A DNA stretch of 64,000 nucleotides from Bacilli bacterium (GCA_035326105.1 DAOKYO010000001.1:395805-459804), one strand, 5' to 3'. Positions 27,524-37,628 are shown, counted from the first letter of the stretch. The notes: a model not told the origin generated them from the sequence alone. A program made the numbers and translations.

Positions 27524-29329
27524 ATGCAACAGCTCTTTATCGGGACTAAACTATTTATCGTTGGTTTATCTTTAAACGACATCGAATTAATAACTCTCGT
27601 AGTTATCTTATTTTTAGCGTTAGGTCTCGTGGTATTATCGGTTATAATCTCATATATCAGTCATCGTCGGAAATTGGCGCGGTTTACGGTTTCGTCGTTA
27701 AAAATCGGAGTGATTGCCACCAATCGCCATCGGCGAATTTTTTACGTAAATCCGGCGATGGAAGAATTGACAGGCTATACATTTAAGGAATTAAAAAACA
27801 AAAATCCGCGCATATTATCGAGCGGGCGCCACGATTCCACCTTCTATCATAATATGTGGAATGATATTCGTGATAAAGGATTTTGGACGGGAGAAATGTG
27901 GGACCGGAGAAAAGATGGTACACTTTATCCCAAGCGCATCAGTATTTATGCTATTCGAGGGGTTTTTGGCCTTGGTATTAGCTATGTCAGCACTCACGAG
28001 GATCTCTCTATCGCACATAAAACGGAAGAGCAAATTACTTTTTTAAGAGACTATGTTCCTAGCACCAATCTTTTAAATCAAAATGCGATGATTCAACGGA
28101 TGAATGCCCTTATTGATGACAAGAAACCCTTCTCAATCATTTTCCTGCGGGTGAGCAATTATAGTTATCTTCAAATCACTCAGTCACAGGAGAAATACTA
28201 TCGAGCGATTGTAAGTTTTATCGAACACTTAGCAATCCAGATGAATATGCCTTCGGAATCGTTTGCTCAAATTAGCGACGACTCACTGTTAATTATCTCT
28301 CCCTTAAGCGAAATAAGCGCAATCACGGCCTTTGTAGAAGAAATAATCCGTCTTGATGAACGGGAGATTAATTTTAACAATGAGGATAATCTTCTTTTCA
28401 CCTTCAAATGCGGAATCAGCCGGTATCCAGAGGATGGGGTTAGTGCGGTTACTCTTTTGACCAACGCGCAAATAGCGACAAGTAAAATTAATGAGGATAG
28501 CAAGCGCGATTATATATTCTATCGTCCTGAACTATCACAAAAAATAACCGAAGACGAAAAGATAAAAGAACAACTTGTTAATGGTATTAAAAATAATGAG
28601 TTTGAACTTTTCTATCAACCCAAGATTGATATTCAAAATAATGTAGTGGTTGGGGCGGAAGGTTTATTACGGTGGCGATCTCCGACCCTGGGATTGGTTT
28701 CCCCGATGCGTTTTATCCCGGTAGCGGAGCGCTTAGGATTAATGAATGATATCGGCGCATTTGTTATTCGCAAAGCGGTAAATGATCTAGTTATTATCAA
28801 TAGTATTTTTAACAAAAAGCACCTTCAATTTTCGGTTAATACGACCGCTTCGCAGTATGTTCAAAATCGCTTGTATGAAACGCTTATTGAAGTACTCGGC
28901 AACTCGCATATCGATGCTAAGCAATTGGAGTTGGAAATCACCGAGAGTATCCTGATTGACGATCGGGCGCAAATGATAGCCTACCTTAGTAAAATCAGAG
29001 AATTAGGAGTTACTATTTCCCTGGACGATTTTGGTACGGGATATTCATCGCTCGGATATATTCGGGACATGCCGATTGATACGTTAAAGATTGACCGTAG
29101 TTTTATTAAGGATTATCCGAAGGATGATGACGGAAAAGTGGCGGAAGCGATTATTTCTTTAGCGCATCTTTTTAATCTAAAACTTGTGGCTGAAGGAGCC
29201 GAAACCCTTGAACAAGTGGAGTTTCTACGGGAAAAGAAGTGTCAGATGGTTCAGGGATACTACTATGCAAAGCCACTTCAATTTGCGGATTTTATTGATT
29301 TTGTTAAAAATTTCGACAGTAAAAAGTAA
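27524..29329 (+). CDS. Membrane-anchored PAS / degenerate-GGDEF / EAL c-di-GMP phosphodiesterase
   Basis: Two N-terminal TM helices; PAS; central GGDEF-like region lacking a GG(D/E)EF motif; EAL domain with ELEITES, DDFGTGYSSL and KIDRSF motifs. Confidence 0.8.
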   Translation: MQQLFIGTKLFIVGLSLNDIELITLVVILFLALGLVVLSVIISYISHRRKLARFTVSSLKIGVIATNRHRRIFYVNPAMEELTGYTFKELKNKNPRILSSGRHDSTFYHNMWNDIRDKGFWTGEMWDRRKDGTLYPKRISIYAIRGVFGLGISYVSTHEDLSIAHKTEEQITFLRDYVPSTNLLNQNAMIQRMNALIDDKKPFSIIFLRVSNYSYLQITQSQEKYYRAIVSFIEHLAIQMNMPSESFAQISDDSLLIISPLSEISAITAFVEEIIRLDEREINFNNEDNLLFTFKCGISRYPEDGVSAVTLLTNAQIATSKINEDSKRDYIFYRPELSQKITEDEKIKEQLVNGIKNNEFELFYQPKIDIQNNVVVGAEGLLRWRSPTLGLVSPMRFIPVAERLGLMNDIGAFVIRKAVNDLVIINSIFNKKHLQFSVNTTASQYVQNRLYETLIEVLGNSHIDAKQLELEITESILIDDRAQMIAYLSKIRELGVTISLDDFGTGYSSLGYIRDMPIDTLKIDRSFIKDYPKDDDGKVAEAIISLAHLFNLKLVAEGAETLEQVEFLREKKCQMVQGYYYAKPLQFADFIDFVKNFDSKK

Positions 29330-29379
29330 TTCATCGAGATTTCTTTAGGCTTATTAAGCCAGACGAGGGAGCAAGAAAT

Positions 29380-30399
29380 ATGAAAGTATTCATCATTGGC
29401 GGGACGGGTTTGTTGGGTTCAGAAACAGCCCGTGTATTATTGGATCGCGGACACGAAGTAAGTTCATTGGCTCTGCCTCCGCTTCCGCATGGAGTAGCCC
29501 TGCCCAAAGCCATGAAAATTAGCTATGGAAACTATATGGATATGAGTGACGAAGAATTAAAGAGCCAGTTTATCGGCATGGATGCTTTTGTTTTTGCTGC
29601 CGGAATCGACGAACGAGTGGAAGGCAAACCACCGGTTTATGAAATGTTTAAGAAGTATAACATCGATGCTTTGGAACGTTCGCTTCGCTTGGCGAAGGAG
29701 GCAGGAGTAAAACACGTGGCTATTTGCGGCTCCTATTTTGCTTATTTTGCCCGCCGTTTTCCAGAATGGAGATTAACTGAGTATCATCCCTATATTCGCT
29801 CGCGAATCGATCAAGAAGAAATGGCGCTTTCATTTGCCGATGCCGATTTTGCGGTATCGATATTGGAATTACCATATATTTTTGGCACGCAATTAGGAAG
29901 AAAACCGGTTTGGACGTTTCTAGTGGAAATGATCCGAGCTATGAAAATAGCAACTTTTTATCCTCGGGGAGGGACGACGATGGTTACCGTCCACCAGGTG
30001 GCGGAAGGATTGGCCGGAGCATTAACGAATAATCAAGGTGGGACCCTTTATCCATTTGGTTACTATAATATGACCTGGAAAGAAATGCTGACTGTTTTCC
30101 ATAAACACATGGGTTATTCACCCAAGCGGAAGATTATAACAATACCGGATTTCCTATTTAGAATGAAGGGTCGTCAAATTGACCGTATGCGCGCCCGTCA
30201 CAATATTGAGGGCGGACTTAATATGGCTAAGTTTACCCAAATGCAAACCACAAATTTGTTTATCAACAAGGAAGAAGGGGCGGAATTTCTGGGAGTTAAG
30301 CCCGATGATATAGAAGCGCGCATCGGTGATTCGGTCAGTCTATGTCTCGATATTATCGATAATAAGGTAAATGATGTCGTCGACATGAAAGGCGAATAA
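29380..30399 (+). CDS. NAD-dependent epimerase/dehydratase family (extended SDR) protein
   Basis: N-terminal Rossmann motif MKVFIIGGTGLLGSETAR. Confidence 0.7.
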   Translation: MKVFIIGGTGLLGSETARVLLDRGHEVSSLALPPLPHGVALPKAMKISYGNYMDMSDEELKSQFIGMDAFVFAAGIDERVEGKPPVYEMFKKYNIDALERSLRLAKEAGVKHVAICGSYFAYFARRFPEWRLTEYHPYIRSRIDQEEMALSFADADFAVSILELPYIFGTQLGRKPVWTFLVEMIRAMKIATFYPRGGTTMVTVHQVAEGLAGALTNNQGGTLYPFGYYNMTWKEMLTVFHKHMGYSPKRKIITIPDFLFRMKGRQIDRMRARHNIEGGLNMAKFTQMQTTNLFINKEEGAEFLGVKPDDIEARIGDSVSLCLDIIDNKVNDVVDMKGE

Positions 30400-30466
30400 C
30401 TCATTTTAAGTTTGATATATAATACATTTCAATCGTGGTAATATATTATTTAAACAGGGAAAACTT

Positions 30467-31063
30467 ATGAACACACACAAAGATTTTGTCACGCCGATTA
30501 TCGTTGGTTTGATTATTCTTTCATCCGTTACTTCAGGGACGCTGGTTATGGTATTCCATGATGAGTTTATCGGGCAAGCCATCACCACCATTACGGCGGT
30601 TATCGGTGCTTGCGCGATTTGGCTGCAGATGAACAAGAACAAGCGCCTTAACGAAGGCGAATTTATCGTCAATTTGAACAAGCAGTTCACAGAGAATAAG
30701 TTGACTTATGATTTGTTCTTGAAAATGGAGAAGTATGAACGAACGGATAAAGTAAATAATCCATTTACCGAGGATGATATTTCGGCGATTGCGGCCTACA
30801 TGACTTTTTTTGAGGTGATATATTCCTTGATATCAAGAAAGATAATAAAAATTTGGATGATTGATGATTTGTTTGCTTATCAGTTTTTTCTTTTAATAAA
30901 TAATGCCCGGGTGCAAGAGATCGAATTACTGCCCTGCCAAAAGTATTATGTCAATGTTTTCCGCTTGGCCAAACTATGGCATGAATATCGAGATCAGCAA
31001 GGCTGCAGTGTTCTTAATGATGAAGATAATATATTGAAAAAAATTAGCATTTCTTTAATTTAA
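30467..31063 (+). CDS. Hypothetical membrane protein (2 N-terminal TM helices plus cytoplasmic domain)
   Basis: 198-aa ORF in an AT-rich stretch; no recognisable motif. Confidence 0.5.
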   Translation: MNTHKDFVTPIIVGLIILSSVTSGTLVMVFHDEFIGQAITTITAVIGACAIWLQMNKNKRLNEGEFIVNLNKQFTENKLTYDLFLKMEKYERTDKVNNPFTEDDISAIAAYMTFFEVIYSLISRKIIKIWMIDDLFAYQFFLLINNARVQEIELLPCQKYYVNVFRLAKLWHEYRDQQGCSVLNDEDNILKKISISLI

Positions 31064-31064
31064 T

Positions 31065-31607
31065 ATGATTGAGCAATATTTTGTCCGGCCGGCAGAGCTA
31101 AGCGACTTAGCGGTAATCATGGAAATTGAAAGCCTCTCTTTTAATGCCAATACTCAAGAGAGCAGCGATGTTTTTAAAAAGCGAATAATGTATTTTGCGG
31201 AAGGATTTTACATCTTTCTATATCAAGCGCAAGTGATCGGATTTTTAACTTCGGAAATCTGGTCAAAATTACCGACGCAAGAAGACAATAATTTGGCAAT
31301 TAACCATTCAATAGAGGATGTTCTGAATAAAAAGGGATCGGTTCTTTACATTTCTTCATTTGAATTACATCCTCAATTCCGAAATAAGGGACTAGGAACC
31401 TATTTTTTTGATTGCTATTTAAAAGATATTAAAAGGAAATTTCATCAATTAAATAAGGCGGTGCTTATTGTTAATGAAAATTGGCTTCAGGCCATCAGTA
31501 TCTATCGCAAACAAGATTTTAAGTTGGCATTTGATATAAAAAAGTTCTTTATTGAAGAGAACGGAAATAAAAGCGCAGGACTGGTCTTAATTAGAAATTT
31601 CAATTAG
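31065..31607 (+). CDS. GNAT family N-acetyltransferase
   Basis: FRNKGLGTYFF CoA-binding motif. Confidence 0.6.
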   Translation: MIEQYFVRPAELSDLAVIMEIESLSFNANTQESSDVFKKRIMYFAEGFYIFLYQAQVIGFLTSEIWSKLPTQEDNNLAINHSIEDVLNKKGSVLYISSFELHPQFRNKGLGTYFFDCYLKDIKRKFHQLNKAVLIVNENWLQAISIYRKQDFKLAFDIKKFFIEENGNKSAGLVLIRNFN

Positions 31608-32572
31608 TTAAATTTGATTCCGTTGTGTTTGATTAAAAAATCGACAACCCCCATGCAAAAAGAGGTTTTTTCAACAAGGGAACTGGAGAATTCACTGCGT
31701 TCCAGAGCCTTTAAAAAAGTCGGCAGTGTATAGTTCATATAATTTATTTGCGGACGGGAGAAAACCATCTCCGCTTTTTTTTCATTTAAAACGACCGTTA
31801 CTTGGGTGGGATTGGCAATATCCGTAATATATATTGTTCCCTTCTCTCCTTCAATGACGGAAGATTGAAAATTATCGGCAACTTTTGAGTAAAAAAGGGT
31901 TCCCATATAATCTTCATATTTTACCGTCATAAAACCATTTTTTTCCATTCCGTTTTCAAGAAAAAATGACTGGCCGGTTATATTGATTGGATTAGAGAAT
32001 AGTTCTATGGTCGCGGCGATCAAATAAACCCCTAAATCTAGGATAGCAGCGTTGCCTTTCTTGGGATCAAAGGTAGAAATGTATTCATGATGAAGATATT
32101 TACTGTAGCGTGAGGACTGTTTTTCCATCCGCAAAGTGAAATTTTTAATTTTTCCAATGCGTTTAATTTGCTCACGAATAACGAAAAAAGCGGGGTCATA
32201 ATAGACGCGCATATTCTCCATAATAAGGGTATTATTCATTGCCGCTAAACCGACCAAATCATTAGCCTCTTCCAAAGTAATTGTGAAAGGTTTTTCAAGT
32301 AAAACCGCCTTATGGGCGTTAATTAAAGTCCTAGCCATCGGATAATGATTTTGATTTGGAGAAGCGATATAAACAGCATCGACAGCCCGGTCAAAAGCTA
32401 TTTCTTCAATGGAAGTGTAGACTTTCTTTATTTGATAGCGGTTTGCAAAAAGGCGGGCTTTTTCCGGACTGCTGCCTAATATGCCGATAACCTTATAGTC
32501 AGAATAAAGGGCGATTTCATCCATAAAAGCGTCCGATATGAAATTGGTTCCAACTACCGCAAAATTTTTCAT
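31604..32572 (-). CDS. Gfo/Idh/MocA family NAD(P)-dependent oxidoreductase
   Basis: N-terminal Rossmann KNFAVVGTNFISDAF...GILGSSPEKARLFA; EKP motif (LLEKPF). Confidence 0.8.
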   Translation of the reverse strand: MKNFAVVGTNFISDAFMDEIALYSDYKVIGILGSSPEKARLFANRYQIKKVYTSIEEIAFDRAVDAVYIASPNQNHYPMARTLINAHKAVLLEKPFTITLEEANDLVGLAAMNNTLIMENMRVYYDPAFFVIREQIKRIGKIKNFTLRMEKQSSRYSKYLHHEYISTFDPKKGNAAILDLGVYLIAATIELFSNPINITGQSFFLENGMEKNGFMTVKYEDYMGTLFYSKVADNFQSSVIEGEKGTIYITDIANPTQVTVVLNEKKAEMVFSRPQINYMNYTLPTFLKALERSEFSSSLVEKTSFCMGVVDFLIKHNGIKFN

Positions 32573-32820
32573 TTCTAAACCTCAATATGAAAATAGTTAT
32601 ATCTACATATTCCTACTCAATAATAGCAAAAAATAAAAGGAAGTTAAGGTCATAAAAACTTTTTTATTTTATAATGGAGTTTATTTTAATACTAGACAAG
32701 TCAATTTTTTTCTTACATTTGCTGTTGAGAAGTTTTAGAAAACAGGAGTAATAAAACATTATGCCACCGCAAATAAATGCGGTTTATTTTTGTTTGATAA
32801 AACTTATGTGGATTTCTATT

Positions 32821-33078
32821 CTATCTCTTGATCTTCTTTCTGAGTTTTTCGTCAGGAATAAAGCTTTGCCCTCTATGTGAATCTCTATCCTTGCTTCTAT
32901 TAATTCCTTGATCCAATAAAGCGTGACCTGGCACTCCATCTTTGGATCTTACTGCGGCAATATCAAAGCCATCTTTTCTATTGGACTTTGGATTTAACTC
33001 TTTGTAAGTCGCCACATAATCCTTTTCGTTGGCAGGTGATTTTCTATTTGTAACAATCTTATTTGGATATTTAGACAT
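32821..33078 (-). CDS. Small basic hypothetical protein (85 aa), third gene of the ATPase/Toprim islet
   Basis: Tightly linked (20 nt) downstream of the Toprim-like gene on the same strand; K/R/D/S-rich with no Cys; no recognisable family. Confidence 0.4.
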   Translation of the reverse strand: MSKYPNKIVTNRKSPANEKDYVATYKELNPKSNRKDGFDIAAVRSKDGVPGHALLDQGINRSKDRDSHRGQSFIPDEKLRKKIKR

Positions 33079-33098
33079 ACTTTAACCTCCTTTCTTTG

Positions 33099-33782
33099 TT
33101 ACTCGATTTTTTCAATTAGCGCGTTAATTTTTTTAAAAAAATTTTCATCACCATCTTTTAAAGCATTTAGCATTGGCAAAAGATTACTGGCTGGCAAATT
33201 TTCCTTATAATTTTGTGGCAAACTACGGGCATTTTCTAATAGATTTGAGTATGTATATTCGTTGTTTATAATCGAATATTTAATTATTTCCAATTGCCAC
33301 TTACTTGCGTTATATTCAGGTTTAATCTTCCTTCCCAATTCATCAGTTTTTTTGGAATTTATTGCCGGCCAATATCTATGAACATACTCAGAGTTTGTAG
33401 ATTTAGAAGTTGAGGTTAAAGCAACTTGGTTCAAGCAATTAGCTGCTAACAAAAAGAACTGCAAAATATTGGGATTTGTGCAGAAACTTATAGAATCTAC
33501 AATAGAATCATCTTCAAAAAGTAACATCAATTGTCTTCTCACTATATTATAGGGCGAATTTGTATCTTTGATTTTATTATCGACATCATAAACACAAATT
33601 ACACAATCAAATAAAGCATCTTCACGCAAAGCAGAAAGAAATGCATCTGCGATACCGCCACATCCATTTGCGTTTTCCACATCAAGAGCAAATTTTTCAT
33701 TTGTAGCCAATTGTTCAACAATGTCAAAAAACACTTTTTCTTCATTGCCTTCCACAATAATCTTGATGTAATACTTTCCCAT
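33099..33782 (-). CDS. Toprim-like nuclease-domain protein (OLD-family/DUF4435/DUF4276-like partner of an ABC ATPase)
   Basis: N-terminal IIVEGNEE (Toprim conserved Glu in a beta-strand) and CVICVYDVDNK (Toprim DxD) with about 55-aa spacing; 227 aa; start 3 nt after the ATPase stop. Confidence 0.55.
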   Translation of the reverse strand: MGKYYIKIIVEGNEEKVFFDIVEQLATNEKFALDVENANGCGGIADAFLSALREDALFDCVICVYDVDNKIKDTNSPYNIVRRQLMLLFEDDSIVDSISFCTNPNILQFFLLAANCLNQVALTSTSKSTNSEYVHRYWPAINSKKTDELGRKIKPEYNASKWQLEIIKYSIINNEYTYSNLLENARSLPQNYKENLPASNLLPMLNALKDGDENFFKKINALIEKIE

Positions 33783-33785
33783 AAA

Positions 33786-35048
33786 TCACTCTTTATTAAG
33801 TGATGACAGATATTTAACAAAATTCGGAGATGGAACATAGCCAAATTCCGATCGATTATAATGCCTAAGCAAATCTTCGGCAGTTCTAGGCCCACCTTCC
33901 GCAACAGGCGCATCTTTCAAGCAAAACAACTTGCTCGTTAAGTCATCATTTCTAAAAGAAAAATAAATTTGATCTTTACGCATCATATGCTTGCAAGAAA
34001 TCAATTCAATATCATGAGCAGTGAATAGTAGTTGTCCTTTTGTGTTGGCAAAGCTATTAAATGTGGCTAAAATAGCTCTTGATAGTTTGAAATGTAAGCC
34101 ATTATCTAATTCATCAATAATCAGCGTTTTCCCGTTGATAATCGTTTCATAAATATAAGATGCAATGGCTTCAATTTTCTTAGTCCCAGTTGAGTCAAAT
34201 ATTATTGAAGGAACTTCGGCTCCATCATATTTCGTAAAAAGTCTAAACTGATCAATTATATCTATTTTTTTCAACACTTCTTCATCTATAATTTCGTTAT
34301 TTTTACCTTTAAAAATTGCTTTTTCATTATAATGAAAATCTTGAATTGATAAATCAGCGTGCTTTATAAAATCTACAATGAACTTCTTTTTATTTTCATC
34401 TTTTCCCTTCAAAACATCGATAGTTTTTTCAATTGGAATATTAAACAATTGGATAATTTCCAATGAATCGGCAAATGATTTAAAAGACTTCAAATAAGGT
34501 TTAAGTGATGCAAAAACATCGTTATCCAATGATACGCAGTACAAGAATGGTTTTTTTGAAGGTAATAATTTCAATAAATCAGACTTATCAATTCCTAAAA
34601 TGACCAGTATTTCTTTTTCTCTATCTCTTGAATAAACGTTCTTAATTGAAAAATTACCCGTTTCATAAAACACGACTTCATCTAATGCTTCCTTAATGAT
34701 TTCATGCTTAAAACTATCATAGGTAAAAGAGTACTTCATCCAGTTTATATCAGCGCTTGTTTTGAATGTGATGGAAATATCACTCCTTGCGGAATCCCCA
34801 AAAATATTCCTATTAAAAGAAATATTTTCAACTCCAAGCATTAAGTCCTTTATAAGCTTCGTCAAATGCAAGACATTTGATTTTCCAATATTATTTTGTC
34901 CATACAAGCCAATAGATTTTAAAACATTGCGATTTAGTAAACTAAAGTAATTTGACCCTAATTTTTTTATTCTAGTATCTGCCGAGAACGATAATACATT
35001 TTCGCTTTTAAACATTTTATAGTTATCAAATCTCATTTCCAAAATCAT
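33786..35048 (-). CDS. ABC-type/AAA_21-like ATPase (OLD/PARIS AriA/AbiLi-like)
   Basis: Walker A GQNNIGKSN near the N-terminus; far C-terminal Walker B LIIDELDNGLH (D-loop) and H-loop FTAHD; long insert between the A and B motifs as in OLD-family ABC ATPases. Confidence 0.7.
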   Translation of the reverse strand: MILEMRFDNYKMFKSENVLSFSADTRIKKLGSNYFSLLNRNVLKSIGLYGQNNIGKSNVLHLTKLIKDLMLGVENISFNRNIFGDSARSDISITFKTSADINWMKYSFTYDSFKHEIIKEALDEVVFYETGNFSIKNVYSRDREKEILVILGIDKSDLLKLLPSKKPFLYCVSLDNDVFASLKPYLKSFKSFADSLEIIQLFNIPIEKTIDVLKGKDENKKKFIVDFIKHADLSIQDFHYNEKAIFKGKNNEIIDEEVLKKIDIIDQFRLFTKYDGAEVPSIIFDSTGTKKIEAIASYIYETIINGKTLIIDELDNGLHFKLSRAILATFNSFANTKGQLLFTAHDIELISCKHMMRKDQIYFSFRNDDLTSKLFCLKDAPVAEGGPRTAEDLLRHYNRSEFGYVPSPNFVKYLSSLNKE

Positions 35049-35417
35049 AATATTTACCTCTTCGATGAAGATAATATCATGTTATTATATTTTATGCAAT
35101 GTTTTAGCACGAAACATAATTTATTCTTAACTTAATCTGAAGAGCATTTGCTTTCGGTATAAAAAATTTCCTAGTAAAAAGAAATAGAAATTTATTTTTG
35201 TGTCTATCAAAGCAGCATCAAGTTTTTGATTTTCTATAAAGGAAGGGTTAGTTGCCATTTTACCAAATGATGTCTTTAAATAATAGTGACCGATAATTAG
35301 AAAAAGCGCTGCGCAGATAATTAATGATTGATATAATAATCGTCTTTTTAGCTATAGAAAGTTAAAAGGTTTATCCTTTTGTCGATATTGTTTATAATAA
35401 AAAAGAGGTTTTATTTT

Positions 35418-36167
35418 ATGAAATTTATTTCTTGGAACACTAACGGTTTACGGGCGGCGATAAACAAAGGCTTTATTGATTTCTTTAATAAAGAGAAGGC
35501 GGATGCCTTTTGCATTCAAGAAACGAAGATGCAGCCCGAGCAATTAGAAATAGACTTTCCCGGTTATTATCTATACATGAATTCGGCAGACAAAAAAGGC
35601 TATTCTGGGACGGCGATAATAACAAGGAAAAAGCCATTGAATGTCATCTATGGAATACATGGTGAATATAATGATGAGGGCCGAGTTATTACTGCCGAAT
35701 TTGACGATTATTTTCTTATAACCTCCTATACCCCCAATTCACAAGAGGAGTTAAGGCGACTGCCATATCGGATGACTTTTGAAGATAAACTGCGTGATTA
35801 TTTAGTTGAACTGGATAAAATTAAACCGGTTATTCTCTGTGGCGATTTAAATGTCGCTCACCAAGAAATAGATTTAAAGAATCCTAAGGCCAATCACTTT
35901 AACCCCGGATTCAGTGATGAAGAAAGAGAAAAATTTTCACTCCTTTTAAAAAATGGTTTTGTCGATTCTTTCCGATTCTTATACCCGGAGACCGTTCGCT
36001 ATTCGTGGTGGTCTTATCGGTTTCATGCGCGGGAAAAAGGGATCGGTTGGCGGATTGATTACTTTGTCGTTTCAGAAAGAATCAAAGATAAGATTATTGA
36101 TGCGCTTATTCTTGACGAAGTTGAAGGATCGGATCATTGTCCGGTCGTTCTTGACCTTGCCATCTAG
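35418..36167 (+). CDS. Exodeoxyribonuclease III (Xth/ExoA family AP endonuclease)
   Basis: MKFISWNTNGLRA...FCIQETK...GDLNVAH...DHCP motifs of the EEP/ExoIII family. Start set to ATG 35418 after AAGAGGT, not the TTG at 35379. Confidence 0.85.
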   Translation: MKFISWNTNGLRAAINKGFIDFFNKEKADAFCIQETKMQPEQLEIDFPGYYLYMNSADKKGYSGTAIITRKKPLNVIYGIHGEYNDEGRVITAEFDDYFLITSYTPNSQEELRRLPYRMTFEDKLRDYLVELDKIKPVILCGDLNVAHQEIDLKNPKANHFNPGFSDEEREKFSLLLKNGFVDSFRFLYPETVRYSWWSYRFHAREKGIGWRIDYFVVSERIKDKIIDALILDEVEGSDHCPVVLDLAI

Positions 36168-36562
36168 CCTTTAAAATCGGGATTTCGTTTTAATAAAGTT
36201 CGATTAAAGACAAACACCACCTTATTTTGGCGATTAATATATTGGATCTTTTCCTAAGCAAAAGGCTTAGGCGATACAACATAAAACACGAATGATTCTA
36301 TTGTTAGAAATCGCTTTTTTAAGTAGCTTTTTCTATTCCAACTTTTTTATTTTGCTCTTTTGACTTTTAGAAGAAGGCCTTGAAAAACGATAATCAGTTT
36401 AAGATTATAGAAAGAAAGCCTTTGTTTGCCTATTTAACACTTAATTAGTTTTATCCATAAGGTAATGAAAGAAAAAGAAAAAAAGTTATTTCCAAAAAGT
36501 GTTTGTTAACAAATTTATTAAATATTAAGTTATAATTAATATATTAAGTGGAGGAACTTTAT

Positions 36563-37552
36563 ATGTGCTTTTTTTGGCGAAAAAAGAAAAAACAAAAAGC
36601 TTTAGCTCAGAAGCAGGCGGAAGCGGAAAAAACCAATGCTTTAAAAGAAGAAAAGGTTGTGACTACGAAAAAGGAAGAGCCGGTTGTTGAAACGGCTAAG
36701 CCGAAGGAAAAGGTTGCGGTCGAAAAGAAAAAACCGGTTTTAGTGGCGCCAGGCAAGAAGACAGCTGAACAAAAAGTAGAAGCGGGCGAAGCAAAGGAAC
36801 CAACTCCTGTTAAAAATGACAAGGCAAACGAGCGGTATAGCGGTAAATATGAAATCTTTCCCGAGGCTGGTCTATTTAAGTATCGACTAAAAGCATCTAA
36901 CGGAGAGATTCTTTTGGTAAGCGGCGGCTATACCAGCCGTAGTGGTGCCGAGGCAGGAATCGAGACTCTAAAAAAGAATATATCCTTAGGCAAAGGGGTT
37001 ATTGTTAAGGATAAGAATGGATTTGCTCAGTTTAGAATATATACCACCAACGGAGCCCGGGTTATTTTAGCCGGCGAGTTTTATGACAGGGAAGCCAGCG
37101 CCGAAAAAGCTTTGGCTTCTACAGAGAAATTTGCTTCAACCGATAAGATAATTCAATTGGATGATATTCCGACCGCAGAGGTGAGAGAAGAGATTGTCGA
37201 GAGTCAACCGGTTGAAACAAATGGTAATGGTAAGATCGAAATAAAATTGATTGAAGATAAAAAATATCAGGCCGTTTTAAAAGCTTCTAATGGGGAAGTG
37301 TTGTTTGTCACCGATATTTATGCTAGCAAAGCGACCGTTCTTAAGGGAATTGAAGCCATTAAAAATGGCATAGTTGAAAAAGGCGTTTTTCGGATTAATC
37401 GCGATAAGCAAAATCGGTATCAATTCAAGCTCTATTCTTCAATCAATCAAGTGTTGGTTGTGGGTGAAACCTACAGCAGCAAAGAAGCCGCGCTTTCGGC
37501 AGTTGAATCCGTCAGACGTTTTATTAAAGATGCCAAAGTAATCGATGCATAG
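36563..37552 (+). CDS. Protein with Lys/Glu-rich N-terminus followed by four tandem YegP/DUF1508 (UPF0339) repeats
   Basis: Four units of the type GKYEIFPEAGLFKYRLKASNGEILLVSGGYTSRSGAEAGIETLKKN. Start ATG 36563 is 8 nt after GGAGG. Confidence 0.7.
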   Translation: MCFFWRKKKKQKALAQKQAEAEKTNALKEEKVVTTKKEEPVVETAKPKEKVAVEKKKPVLVAPGKKTAEQKVEAGEAKEPTPVKNDKANERYSGKYEIFPEAGLFKYRLKASNGEILLVSGGYTSRSGAEAGIETLKKNISLGKGVIVKDKNGFAQFRIYTTNGARVILAGEFYDREASAEKALASTEKFASTDKIIQLDDIPTAEVREEIVESQPVETNGNGKIEIKLIEDKKYQAVLKASNGEVLFVTDIYASKATVLKGIEAIKNGIVEKGVFRINRDKQNRYQFKLYSSINQVLVVGETYSSKEAALSAVESVRRFIKDAKVIDA

Positions 37553-37628
37553 TTAGAGCCTTGATTGAGTCAGGCATTAGTTTTTTATCATTTAATTGGC
37601 GAAGTATAGCTGTTTACATTACAAAAAA

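Noticed and set aside
30467-31607. Membrane hypothetical plus GNAT pair as part of the defence islet
   Set aside because: They are on the opposite strand from the islet, separated from it by a housekeeping oxidoreductase, and carry no defence-related motifs.
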